A DNA stretch of 64,000 nt from Antedon mediterranea (taxonomy: Eukaryota; Animalia; Echinodermata), in contig NC_092670.1 of NCBI RefSeq assembly GCF_964355755.1, positions 36,444,388 to 36,508,387 of the forward strand. The letters are read 5' to 3'. The notes beneath the pieces were generated by a model that saw only the letters and a list, made by a program, of their open reading frames with translations, was not told the DNA's origin and did no database searches. Of this stretch, positions 1-12,720 are shown in pieces (the stretch's first letter is position 1; each line of letters begins with the position of its first letter). The translations under genes and the position numbers were made by a program.

Positions 1-136
1 CGATTGTTGACTGATTGCAGTCAGAAATCAAAATGTTGTGTGCGCCATCTATAAGTGTTCTACTCCGAATCGTTATTTTAATGGCCTAGCTTCCCCACTG
101 TTCTATTTTCACCTCGGCTTGCGATTCTCGCCATCA

Positions 137-460
137 AACTCATAAACATTCACAATTTGTATATTGCACAATGATGTACTATTACATGCTCACATTTTAA
201 ACATTTTTGTGTGTGACGTAGTAGCCTTGTGAATGATGCATGGTGGAAAACCAACCTGTAGTGAACAACTCATGAAAATATTCATCTTATTCAACTCATA
301 AACATTCACAATTTGTATATTGCACAATGATGTACTATTACATGCTCACATTTTAAACATTTTTGTGTGTGACGTAGTAGCCTTGTGAATGATGCATGGT
401 GGAAAACCAACCTGTAGTGAACAACTCATGAAAATATTCATCTTATTCAACTCATAAACA
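137..460. repeat. Two-copy tandem duplication of a 156-bp unit
   Basis: AACTCATAAACA recurs at 137, 293 and 449; the two intervening units look identical. Confidence 0.9.
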
Positions 461-527
461 GTCATTATTTGTGTACTAATATTTTGTATATTGATTAAAT
501 CAACAACATAGAATGGCCAACATACTA

Positions 528-682
528 CAGTCAACTCTCCTAATACCAGACTTTTCTCGAAGTCCAAACAGTTCCAAATTCATTTTTACAATTATATAAA
601 CACATTCCGAATACCAGACTTTTCGGAAAAACCAGAAATATTTGATCAGTCCAAAGGCATTCGGTATTGGGAGAGTTGACTG
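528..682. mobile_element. Tc1/mariner/pogo-type MITE
   Basis: TA|CAGTCAACTCTCC...GGAGAGTTGACTG|TA: terminal inverted repeats with a TA target-site duplication. Confidence 0.8.
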
Positions 683-735
683 TATAACCAAATAACATTA
701 ATTTATCATGGTACAAATTAGTTAAGACTACTTAC

Positions 736-3700
736 TTGGACCTCTTTGGTTGACATTTCCACATTGAATGATATCAATTGTTTCTGTTGCTGGTATTGTT
801 GCATGTGAATTAAGTTATTTCCATCGTTATGGTTGCTGTTTGAACCAGTCGGGGATCCAAACTGAAATTAGTTCCAAAATAGGTAATATTTGAATAGTTA
901 AATGTTATTTTAGATTACTGCTTTGTAAATATTATTTAGTATTGTTTTGTTAGACAAATTGCCAACAATAACATAAGTGAATTCATTCACTATCCGTCTT
1001 AAAGGTGGTAATTCTGTTCACAAGACAAACATATGCACAAGATGATCTACATAAACAAAGTCTTATTACAAGTCTTTGGGATTTTCATTAGATTCCTGAT
1101 ATGACATGATTTGAACCCAGGACCCTTGGATTGGTAGCCAAGCATCATAACCACCAAGCCACCACTCCACTCAATCAAATAGGATTTGAATCAAAATGAG
1201 TGGTCTAGTGGGTGAGCACAATCAGGACTAATGGGAATTTGTCAATTGTTTATAATAGCGAGCTTTCAATTTGCGTCGATAGGACATTGACATGTTGTTG
1301 GTTGTTACCTGGATCAGGAAATCACAAAAAGTGTGTCAAGGAATATAGAGTGTCTCTGTCTCACACTATCAAACATTATGTGAAAAAAAAATGCGATGTG
1401 CCTATACAGTACATGATAATGTCATATCACAACTATATTATACAAATAATGAATGTTTATGAGTGTAATGGTACAAATAATGGCATGAGGTGAATGATGA
1501 AAGGTTATATCAACGAGGCAACGCCGAGTTGATATAACCTTTCATCATTCACCAAATGCCATTATTTGTACCATTACACGAATATAAAACATTCATTATT
1601 TGTTTTATATAACATCTAAATAGATTCCTGTCATTTGAATGAAATAAAGGTAGCCCTAGCCAAGAGGCCTACATTTCATTAACATTGATTAAAACAGTAA
1701 CATTTGGTTTCTAATATTATATTAAATGTTATATTTATATGGATTTTATAAACTACTTTAGTGTTAATTATGTCAACAAACAACTAAACAATCCTAGGCC
1801 TAGCAAGGCTAAAACGCCTAGGATAGGCCTAGCATAATCCTAACAGGCCTAGCTTAGTAGTTACTAGTAGTAGTACTGTACTAGCTTGGCTGAAAGGCAA
1901 AACTTCGACAGAAAATTGGAACTTATCTAGGCTAATTATGGTTTTTCCAACGATTCCACGTCTTGTAGGGATGTCCCCATTAATTAATCAAAATCCTAAA
2001 AACGATCTAAAGCTAATTTAAATGCCTTTTTGAATGAAATTAGTACATATATATATATATAAAATCTGCTGCTGTTGCATATCTCGCTGTGGTGTTTACA
2101 ACAAACAACAGAGGCAGGACGACAGGTGGCGCTGTTGTATTTCACAGTAATTTTTGTATAGGGAATTTTTTTCATCCGCGAAACGTTTTTTTTTTCGTAC
2201 ACAAAAACGTTAAAAAAAGTACTATTAAACGATCGTTTAATAGTGCGTACTATTGCACGCCATGTGACCCACAATCGTCCAATCAAATGACAGGAATTTA
2301 TTTAGGTGTTAGATAATTAGGGATATCACAACCATATATGGGCAAATTTTGTATATATGACACTTTTTTGTCACATAAAGTTTGTTTTGATAGTGTAGAC
2401 ATTGCATTAGTCCCAACTTCGCTGTATTTACACAATGGCCATGACCTAACTTGCTACCTAGGTCATTACAATCGTCAATTCATATCTAGTTAAAAGCAGC
2501 ATGACCTACCATTTGCATTGTACCATGAGAGGAGGGTGACCGTGGGTTCATCATTGGTCCTATGCTACGTCCAGGACTTCCTGTCGCAGACGTCTGTAAA
2601 AAGAACAAGAAATTAATTGTGCCTTAACCACAATAAAAGAAAATAAATATTTTATCTGTTGTTTTTGTTTTGTGTAAAACACTGTCTACACTATCGAACT
2701 AGTTTGACCAAAAAAGTGTGATGTGCCCAAATATTTTTTATTTTATTTCACATACATCCAACAGCGATATCGCCAATTGCAGGATGCCTTAAAGGAAAGA
2801 GTATATATGATGAATTTGTGACAGTGGGTGTGTGTGAACTAGTACACCGGGGTAACCCCCTACTCGTCCCGAAAGATGTACTAGGTTCTTTAAAGTGCAC
2901 ATGAGCCAGATATGTTCACTGGACCTACGGTTTATAGTCCTTATCCGGGAAGACTTGTTCTACCACCAGAACCATGGAGCGAGCGAGTCTCGAACCCTTG
3001 CCGATGTTAAATATGACAACGTATTGTGGTTCCACTGTCTTAACCGCTCGACCACTCACTCAATAAGTGGTAGTGATTATGCTTAAATATGGTAGTGATA
3101 TGACTTCCATATATGGGCACATCACATTTTTTTGTCACATATAGTTTGATAGTGTAGACAGAGCTTAAGGGTTTATTCATGTGCTATTCATTAATTGTTT
3201 CTTACCCTGAAATATTCATTAATTTTCTTAACACCTGAAAGAATAAAATTGAAAGTATTTTGTATCATGTGTAAGTTGTTAAACATACATGTTTTTCTTG
3301 TGTAAATGTATGCCAGGCAATCAATCTATTTATAAAACAGGTCAGTACACACAATGTGTACAGAATTTTACCATGACCTTTTAGAAAAGTGGGATGACGT
3401 TATAAATAGGATTTAAACACAGGAAAAAGAAAAATAAATCATGTTTATATTTATATCCTCCTTTTCCCGATCACCGAAGTGTTAAGGTGGACCCGGTTAG
3501 AGCTTGGATGAGAGACCATCTGGGAATATCGGGTGTTGTATATGGACCTGAGGTCCCATTAGGCATTTGAAATCAGCACTGCTGACTCTGGCAGCCCCTG
3601 CATGTAGTATCTGCCTCAGACGTATAGGCTTATGTCTCTCCACTGGTCAAGGTGGGCATTGGACAAGAGAAGCCCTTGATCAATGATGGGACCTTGGCAG

Positions 3701-5109
3701 TGAAGTAAATATACTTTAAAATGTATATGCATCATGCGATTCAAACTTGGTATTGAATTCAAAGAGAAATCCAGGATATTTCTTATCTGGAATTTGGATG
3801 GCTTAGTTTTACCCATTATTCAGATGAATGTAATACTAATTTTCATTCACAAAAGAAGTTGGCCTTAATAATATAATATTGTTGAATTTTAGAATTGGGT
3901 TTTTTGATGTATTGTTTTTGTGGTGCAAGGACCATAGGAATAAAATACAATTTAAAAAAAAATAAACATACAGACAAACTGACCAAGTGAAAAGGGCAAA
4001 GTACATGACTACCCGGGACTCCCACAAACTTACCCTGACTATCTTGATGATTGTCTTGCATCTTACGTTTTCTTTTGGAGCGATGGTCTTTTTTGTCTGG
4101 TGTTGATAATGGAATAACCTAAAAGATGAATGTCTATTAATTAAAAGCTTTAAACAGACATAGGGCGTGTTCACAATCCATGGAGTTATGCTTTCGTATC
4201 GCAAGCAATGTAGGCCTGGTCTTTGAAAGTTATAGGTGTGCACTCCTCAATACATTCAGGGATGCTGTAGGTGTGCTGTTTGTATTTTGGTGTGTAGAAG
4301 TTTTCCAAATTTAAGCATATTGTAAATCACACTCCTCATGGGCAGTTTAGGAGTGTGTTAGGCGAATGATCGCACTCGCTTGTCTTAAAAGACAAGGCCT
4401 GAAATTATGTCATATGTAATTAGCGTCGTAACAGCAAAGTGTTCAGATTGTTTTAACTAATGCTTTCGCTAAACTGAAGTGTCACCGATTTGAGTGAACA
4501 TCTGGTATACAGGTGTGTAAATTTAATTGGTTAGAGGTTAAAATCGTTTTTTGCATGACTTTCGTATCGTAAGCAGAGTTCACTAATTATGTGGTTGTGC
4601 ACCTCTATATCACCTTGAGCTGTCGTAACAAACGGAAGATCAGCATCATAAGAGGTGGTTTCCTCTAATCTTTTCCTGGTTCAGGCTTATGGAGTTGTAC
4701 GCCGCGTACGATATGAAAGCATAAATCCGTAGGTCTGAATAGTTACATACTTGAATGGTTGCTTATAAGGAGTTGTAGCTGGTGAAGGGCCAGCCAAATA
4801 TTACACTGTGATATTTACTATAATGATAATATTGATGATTAAAATCAATGCTGCTGATTACCACACTAATTCAGAATACAAATAACAATCAATATTTGTG
4901 ACGAAACCTGAAACAAAGAAAATTATGTGGTTGTGCACCTCTATATCACGATCTTCATATGAGCTTCTACTGCTATTGTTGCCAATGCTTTGATTAGAGT
5001 CGTCTTGGATTATGATAGGCATACTCTGCCTGCTTGTGTTCATTCCACCAGACATCCTTGCTTCCAACAGCTCTATCCTCTGCTGGTCTAATTTACTGAA
5101 ATCTGCCAT
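736..5109 (-). CDS. TLK: Tousled-like kinase (TLK1/2 family), N-terminal coding exons; gene continues beyond the left edge
   Basis: Phase-compatible GT-AG exons 5109-4939 (MADFSKLDQQRIELLEARM..DDSNQS..DRDIE), 4118-4034 (VIPLSTPDKKDHRSKRKRKM..SQG), 3234-3206 (GVKKINEYFR), 2593-2510 (TSATGSPGRS..) and 861-736 (FGSPTGS..QKQLIS..EVQ). These follow, in order, the vertebrate TLK2 N-terminal motifs LDPRRQELLEARF, SSNQS, TPEKK..RKRK, KISDYF and SPGRS. The first donor (GAG|gtgcac) is weak. Confidence 0.88.
1440..2316. mobile_element. Non-autonomous element with a ~170-bp terminal hairpin (Crypton-like architecture)
   Basis: Near-perfect palindrome 1440-1610 centred on CGAGGCAACGCCGAG; 1608-1640 is repeated inverted at 2283-2316; a related degenerate hairpin lies at ~38715-38855. 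Confidence 0.5.
2680..3166. mobile_element. MITE family A copy interrupted by a tRNA-derived SINE
   Basis: Left arm CTGTCTACACTATC at ~2682 and right arm GATAGTGTAGACAGAGCTT at ~3148-3166; a minus-strand SINE occupies ~2735-3065. Confidence 0.8.
3465..3700 (+). mobile_element. 5S rRNA-derived SINE (SINE3-type), degenerate copy
   Basis: CCGATCACCGAAG..CTTGGATGAGAGACCATCTGGGAATATCGGGTGTTGTA resembles 5S rRNA and is followed by a non-5S body shared with the copy at ~55047. Confidence 0.75.
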
Positions 5110-6431
5110 TCTGCAAAAAGACAAAATTTTTTAAAATTTATTTTAATAGTATTTATTTCATAGACATCCAACAGCGAATAACTCACAAATTACAGTACAG
5201 GATGGATAAACTATTTCATAATTTATCATGCTCATTTGAGGCTTAGGGAGTGGAGTTGAAAGAGTCATGCATTACAACCCTGGCAGGATTGAACCAAAGA
5301 CCTTGGGATTGGAAGGAAAGCACAATAACCACCAATGTAAAGCTCTACTACAATTATTTTTAGAGATGGTAATTATCTTTCCTATAATATAAACTACAGT
5401 ATGTGTGAAAGGAACATGTTAACAAAAGGGTTAAAGGTCAGTCTAATCTTTGAGAACTGAAATCTTACTACGATAGCCCATAGACTAGTAAAGAATAAAA
5501 CTCCATAGAAAGCTCCTCGGCAGTCAAAGATACTGTATATATTGGATGACTCTTTCATTCATTGAAATTCATATCACTTCACTGCTGACGAAATGTTATT
5601 TCTACATTATATAAAACACTTTTATGCGTTATCCTTTTAATACAGTTTTATCCAACAAAATATATAAGAGAAATGGCAAAAAATACAACAAATCAAGTTA
5701 TTTAATAAACACACAACATATTTTTTTAATTTACTTTTTCTTTATCTTGTTACTTATAATTAATCTAGACCTAGGCAGGCCTTATATTTGGATTTTCTAT
5801 CAAGGCATACTTCCAGCTTCAGCCAAGCCTGACTGATGGTCTGTTGTAGGTTTCCATTGATTGTTGGCTAGCTGGCTGGGTGGGTTTGGCAAACAACAAA
5901 ATGCTGTTGCTCCATGGTTTGGCTATTTTAAAGATTCTGCTGAACCATAAAATATGGATGTTGGATGTCAACGTATACTTACCAAAATAATCTAAACAAA
6001 CATCACATTATCTTTATTCTAAATAGAGTAATAAGTACCACTTTTACGATTTTATAAATTACTTTCATTTTCAGTACGATGAACTACATTTAAGGAGGGC
6101 ACCACCAGACGCGCGCTCGCCATGACACTTTAACGAACCACCTTTGACTAGGCAAGCCCGGTCACATTCAGTAATGCAGGGCCTACACAAGCAAAAAAGT
6201 TAAGATACATTTCGTAAACATGTGTAAACAATACCAACAATTACCTCATAAAATATCACTTAAAAGTATCATGTTTAGTTAAATCACTATCACTTTTAAC
6301 AATACCTTGGATTTTAAGCACAATCTGTTCTGTAGTAACCCCATAAAAAGGCTCAGAATTTAAGTTATCAAATGTCTGGATCATCATTAAGTGGTAGCGA
6401 CCATGTTGATGTATGAAACCGAAGCATTAAG

Positions 6432-6450
6432 TGACGTCATCTTCGGAAGT
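6432..6450. promoter_or_regulatory. CRE palindrome plus ETS site at the putative TLK promoter
   Basis: TGACGTCA (6432-6439) and CGGAAGT (6444-6450) lie just upstream of a likely non-coding first TLK exon (minus-strand donor at ~6304). Confidence 0.5.
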
Positions 6451-7284
6451 TGTCGGAGTTTCAAGGTCAAATTTAAGACACCGTGGCATTGTAAAAAAAG
6501 TAATTGTCACCTAAATTTCTATTATATATATTTGTTTCAATTTAATATTTCAATTTCTTAACCTACCTCTCTCTTTAAACATTTCTTATCAAGACAATGT
6601 GTTGTATTTGCATCATCCAGTCCAGTCATTAGTGGTACATCATCATTATTATTAAGAATATTATTATTGATTGTATTATTTCTATATTATTCAGGCAATA
6701 AGGCATTTTTTACAAAATATAAACAAAAATAAAAACAAAAATGTAAAAAAAAGGTCCACTAACTGCCAGGAAGACAAGCTGACCATTGACGATCCCTAAA
6801 TAATGTTAATACTAAACAATATTTAATATTATTTTACTCTGTTAATTATGAATATACATATAGGAGTTTTTTTCCGTTTTTTCATTGTATCTATTAAATA
6901 CAATAAATGATAAATGTTCCACCTTTTTTATCATTTGCGGCGGTAGTAGGGAACTTTCTTTCAAATAAAGAAATTTTAAGCATTTCCTAATTTTACGTTC
7001 ATATTAATTTTGTAAATATTTGTTCATGGAGCTATAAAATTAGCTCCATGATTTGTTGGGCCTATTGGCTCTACCTATTACTCTTCAAAATAAACATTTT
7101 CCAAATGCTTAGAATATCCGACATAGTTTTATAATAGTGGTAGACACATCGATGCAATTATTTTGTCTCTAATTGATCATTAATTATAAAACTTCCACAA
7201 AAAGATACGAGAAACTTATCCAAAACGATGATGATACAACTGAAATAGTATAGCGCCACCATATCTTAGTTTAGTTTAGGGGAA

Positions 7285-7294
7285 GGGAATTCCC
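7285..7294. promoter_or_regulatory. Palindromic NF-kB (kB) site upstream of the PARP-domain gene
   Basis: GGGAATTCCC is a perfect kB consensus; a second, weaker GGGAACTTTC lies at 6949-6958. Confidence 0.5.
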
Positions 7295-7969
7295 CAACAA
7301 GCCATTGTTCCTGCACTTTTGGACTGCAGCGTTTCGTTACATTTTATTTAAAAACGGTTTTTGTATTGATTGTATCGGTCATACTTATTATTATTGTCCT
7401 CTAAATTAACACTAGAGCTAGAGGAAATGATGTTAAACGTATTTTTAATAAGCCTACTTTAGGGTAGCTAGTCTACCTAGGCCTAGCTAGAGAGAGCCGG
7501 GCCTACTACTACTAACTACTAGGCCTAGCTCTAGCTAGTAGTAGTAGTAGTTAGACCGGGCCAGCTAGGCTTTAGTTTTAGTTTAGTATCTCGCTAGGCC
7601 TACTGACTAGCTTATTATAGGCTAGTCATACAATTACCAGGGAAGAACTGAAGTAAACTACTAATACGTACTAAGCCTATCCTAAAGTAATAAGTATGTC
7701 AACTTTACTTGTTTTGTATAACTTACTGAGAAAATCTTGGAATTGACTCTCACAGGAATATTTTATTTATTAAAATAACCAGGATGACAAATCTCATTTC
7801 ACTATTTTGTTATATAATAATATTTGTGAAATCATAAATGAAATCAAAAAATAATTTTTAAACATTTTTGTTCACAACTATGTTCTTCGATTTGACATTT
7901 GTATTTTCTTTCAAGCGAATGTGTTATTCATTGCAGGAAGAAACACTTTGATGGAAAAGACATAGACGG

Positions 7970-10900
7970 ATGATGGAAAATGAAAACAAGTTTGTATATT
8001 CTCAGTTCAAAACATTAAAAGATTTAGGCCTGTATGATGGACCACTTGAGGAGAGTGATGATGATTGCTTGTGTAACACACAATCAACCCTCAATGATTC
8101 CACTGAATACCTCTGCGAAACACAGGAACCTGTAGGTCGACGATCTTCACGCCGCTGTGAAGTTAATGACTCATTCCACCATCAGAAACGGTATTCATCA
8201 CCAACGCGTGACGCATACGATTCTGATGATGGCTCGGTTAAAAGTTTTCCACGACATCAAGGTGCTTCTTATCGATCACCGCGTCATTCTCCAACTATAG
8301 ATGACGATGACAAGTTTAACGATCAACCATACAATAGTTACAATGGTAGACCTATCTATCTATCGGATGCATCAGATGGCATATCACCCCCAATGTCACC
8401 TGTACATAGTGACCAAGAAAATCCAGAGGAGGAAGATTTATACGGACCTGGAGAACCAATTTCCATTGCTCAGTCTATACATTTGATGATTGGTATGGAA
8501 CCAAGTCAAATTGGAATAAACGGATTGCCAGTAAATTGGACAGATGCTTCTCTTTCCAAGTCACACAACCTTGTTGAACTACAGTCTGGCAATCCAGAAT
8601 TCAACCAAATTTGTTCAAATATTACAAAAGCTAATGTTACTGTACATAGCGTTGAAAGAATTGAAAATAAAAGACTTCTGGATAAATTTAAGTTGGAGAT
8701 TGAACATATGCAGTCGAGTAGAAAATGTTCTGAAAAAGGTAATTATAGAGATGAGTCCGGCCTGTAAAAAACTAGTCGGCAAGATGTTCTTTGTATAATA
8801 ACTGGTATTGAATGTATAGATATGCATTGCTAAATTGCGCCAACCTTGCAGAACACCCCCACCCCACAAAAAAAAAACATTAAAAAAACTACTAAAAAAC
8901 CACTTCATCGATTGTTTCACAACTTGGAAATATATACACAATTTATGAAAAACAATAATAATTGATTAAAATAAAAAAAATTTATAGATGCTGAGGCCTA
9001 ATATAGTTTAATAGCGCCCTCTATATTTGGATGATGCATTTTTACATTTGTATAGCGACCTCTGTTGCTTTGATAATTACTAAAAACCTGGCATGATTAT
9101 AAATGTCAACTATGCTTGAAAATATTTAAAAACACATTTTTCTACAAATTCTGAAATATATGTGTTCAAAGCAAACCTGTTTTGAGAATAATAATTATTT
9201 TTCTATATACTGTAATAGATTTGAACATTGTGTACTTGTTTCATGGGACCTGTGCTGAGAAGATGGATTTGGCAGAGGAAGGTCTTGATCACAGACTAGC
9301 AAGGCGCGGACACTTTGGTACAAATGGAATATATTTCAGGTCTGTAGAGTAAATTGTATGGGCATAAAGGCCCATTTACACTAGGCCGATAAAGATCGAC
9401 GATAAATAGATAAACATGCATTTTTCTTTAATAAAACAAAAGAAATTAGTAAGGTTTTCGTTCTAGAACTATAGGATAATCATTTATGCTGTCTTTGATA
9501 AAAATAATATTTTTAAAACTCAAATCAAATGACGTCATGATAAATAAAAACAATAAAATCGTTGTATTGCCTCGATATTATTGCTCTTACTAATCATAAC
9601 GTCATTTGATGGACGTGTGAAAATATCATTTTCCTCAAAGGAAGCATAGATGTTTATTTTCTATAGTTATAGAATGAAAACTTTTTAGATTTCTTTTGTT
9701 TTGTGTATGAAAAATGCATATTTTGTATATTTATCATCAATCGTTATCATCCTAGTGTAAATGGGCCTTAATTCAAAAAATAAAATAAAGCGCTCAGAAA
9801 CTAATACCATTTTCACACCGGCAAATGTAACAACTTGTAACCAGGTTTTCAAAGTGTGAAGACAATTTTTATTATAGAAAAAACACACTAATGAAATGCC
9901 TGTATTTTTGTTCCAAGATGTCCTGAGTTGTTACTGCACACATGTGCGCGCCCTGGTATTAAACTGACCAATCTAGTAATAAAAGACTGTACTATTTGAG
10001 TGGTACCACTTACAGGACATCCACTTAGAACATTGTAAAATCAAACCCAAATTGTATGTTTTAAATTTTTTTGTTACAGTGATGATCCAAGAAAATGTAT
10101 GAAATATTTAAAACGTACTGGTTTAATACTCATGTGCAGAGTTTTACTTGGTGATGTTAAGGTAATGTTGTTCATTTTAAATGAATATTTTATACATATT
10201 TTATTTTATTTCTAATCTCAAAAACAGCATTTACAAAAAAAAAGTGAAAAAAAAGAAACATGTTACCCCAAAAGTAAAAAAAAAAATGATGACAATTTTA
10301 ATAAATCATTTCATATTACAGACATATCCTGATGGAAAACAAGATACAGAATTGAAGCGGGAGCCAGAAAAAGTAGGCAGCAAACAACGCTACGACTCAG
10401 TAAAGGTAAACCTGTATTGTGTTTTTTCTAGTTATTAGTAATGGCACTCTAGACTGGTATGAACAAGGTTACCAGTGACCAGGACAAGCCCGTATCCAGG
10501 AGGAGTCATGCCCGTAGCCAGGAGGGTGACGCCTGTAGCCAGGAGGGGTCATAGCCGCAGCCAGTAGTGGTAACGCCTGTAGCCAGGAGGGGTCAAGCCT
10601 GTAGCCAGGAGGGGTCACATCTATAGCCAGGAGGGGTTATGCCTGTAGCCAGGAGGGGTCATCCCCGTAGCCAGAAGGGGTCATGCATGTAGCCAGTAGT
10701 GGTCACGCCTGTAGCCAGGAGGGGTCACGCCTGTACCCAAGTGGGTGACGCCTGTAGACAGGAGGGGTCAAGCCCGTAGCCAGGAGGGGTCAAGCCCGTA
10801 GCCAGGAGGGGTCATGCCCGTAGCCAGGAGGGGTCATGCCTGTAGCCCGGAGGGGTCACGCCTATAGCCAGGAGGGGTTATACCTGTAGCCAGGAGGGGT

Positions 10901-12235
10901 CATCCCGTAGCCAGGAGGGGACATGCCTGTAGCCAGGAGGGGTCATCCCGTAGCCAGGAGGGGACATGCCTGTAGCCAGGAGGGGTCAAGCCCATAGCCA
11001 GGAGGGTCAAGTCAAGTTTCTCGTCCAATTTTGGTATAAGAATGCTGAAAATGATATAGTATGACCAAAACATTAACGGCAGTATGGACAGTAAAGGTAA
11101 ACCTGTATTGTGTTTTTTCTAGTTATTAGTAATGGCACTCTAGACTGGTATGAACAAGGTTACCAGTGACCAGGACAAGCCCGTATCCAGGAGGAGTCAT
11201 GCCCGTAGCCAGGAGGGTGACGCCTGTAGCCAGGAGGGGTCATAGCCGCAGCCAGTAGTGGTAACGCCTGTAGCCAGGAGGGGTCAAGCCTGTAGCCAGG
11301 AGGGGTCACATCTATAGCCAGGAGGGGTTATGCCTGTAGCCAGGAGGGGTCATCCCCGTAGCCAGAAGGGGTCATGCATGTAGCCAGTAGTGGTCACGCC
11401 TGTAGCCAGGAGGGGTCACGCCTGTACCCAAGTGGGTGACGCCTGTAGACAGGAGGGGTCAAGCCCGTAGCCAGGAGGGGTCAAGCCCGTAGCCAGGAGG
11501 GGTCATGCCCGTAGCCAGGAGGGGTCATGCCTGTAGCCCGGAGGGGTCACGCCTATAGCCAGGAGGGGTTATACCTGTAGCCAGGAGGGGTCATCCCGTA
11601 GCCAGGAGGGGACATGCCTGTAGCCAGGAGGGGTCATCCTGTAGCCAGGAGGGGACATGCCTGTAGCCAGGAGGGGTCAAGCCCATAGCCAGGAGGGTCA
11701 AGTCAAGTTTCTCGTCCAATTTTGGTATAAGAATGCTGAAAATGATATAGTATGACCAAAACATTAACGGCAGTATGGACATGATTTGTTTATATATTTT
11801 ATACTTTTTTTGCAGGGCCGTGTGTCAAAATATGCAGAATATGTAATATACACGAACGCCCGTGCCCTCCCAGAATACATTGTCACAATCGGAACAAAGC
11901 CAGATGTATTGCGTAGGCCTCAACCTAAAAAAGCACCGCCCCACCTTGTAGAGCGGACTGCACCAGATCCTGCTTTAGACCCTGATCCAGTAAGTTTTAG
12001 CCCACCAAGCAATAGTAGGCCTACTTTTCCTTATCAATTTCCATCTCAAACCATATCCGACGAAACAAATAAAGAGAAATGTCAGCCTACAGTACAAACT
12101 GACCAGGAGAAAACAAGTTCTGGTGTTAAGCCTGTGACATGGGGTTACACTGATGAAGAATTTAACAAGAAAATAGAAAAGACCCGGGCTGCTCTACGTG
12201 ATAAGAAAAAAAAGAAAAAGGAATCACTGGACTAG
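7970..12235 (+). CDS. PARP/ARTD-family ADP-ribosyltransferase (491 aa to the TAG), with disordered acidic N-terminus
   Basis: Exons 7970-8738, 9219-9339, 10080-10161, 10322-10405 and 11816-12235 join in frame. They give EFNQI..VERIENKRLLDKF..YLFHGT..GLDHR..GHFGTNGIYFSDDPRKCMKY..LMCRVLLG..YDSVKG..YAEYVIY..ALPEYIV, the canonical PARP catalytic motifs. Confidence 0.88.
9368..9768. mobile_element. PIF/Harbinger-type MITE family C
   Basis: TAA|AGGCCCATTTACACTAGG...CCTAGTGTAAATGGGCCT|TAA with long inverted arms; second copy at 52172-52569. Confidence 0.85.
10398..11781. repeat. 691-bp tandem duplication, each unit holding a ~21-bp GC-rich minisatellite (GCCTGTAGCCAGGAGGGGTCA)
   Basis: CAGTAAAGGTAAACCTGTATTG occurs at 10398 and 11089; the units are almost identical. 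Confidence 0.92.
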
Positions 12236-12720
12236 GTGATTTTATTTCAATTTTAAAGCACAGTCACTGTATTGGGAAGGAATTATTGGGGAGTCGCCAA
12301 GCTTAGTAAACCACACGTCCCCTCCTTCCCCTCCTTTTTAAAAGCTGTACACACCAAAGACACATTACGACTCTTCCAAATATCCAATAATAGATAGACA
12401 AATCTACAGTTTTGGTATGATGAAATTAATTCATTATCAACATTTTTCGCAATTTTTAAAAATCATTCTATAATTAATGTATCTCATCGCATGTTTTTAT
12501 TCTTTAAATTCTTCTTAATAAATAATAATAAATGGGGCTTATATAGCACATTATACAAATGCGCTATATAAGCCTCAATGTACTTAACAAAAGAAGCAAA
12601 AAATATGAAAACTAAAGAGAAAAAAAGAGTTTAAAAGGTTTCAGAGCAGGTTTAATTAATCTAAAGCTGTAATTAATAATGAAGAATCATATATATGTAT
12701 ATGAAATTGTCTTGTTTCAG

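Noticed and set aside
6386-6404. Upstream ATG as the TLK start codon
   Set aside because: It closes after five codons (MVATT*); at most a uORF or promoter motif.
10490-11700. Regular repeat array superficially like CRISPR
   Set aside because: No unique spacers; a tandem minisatellite in a eukaryotic intron.
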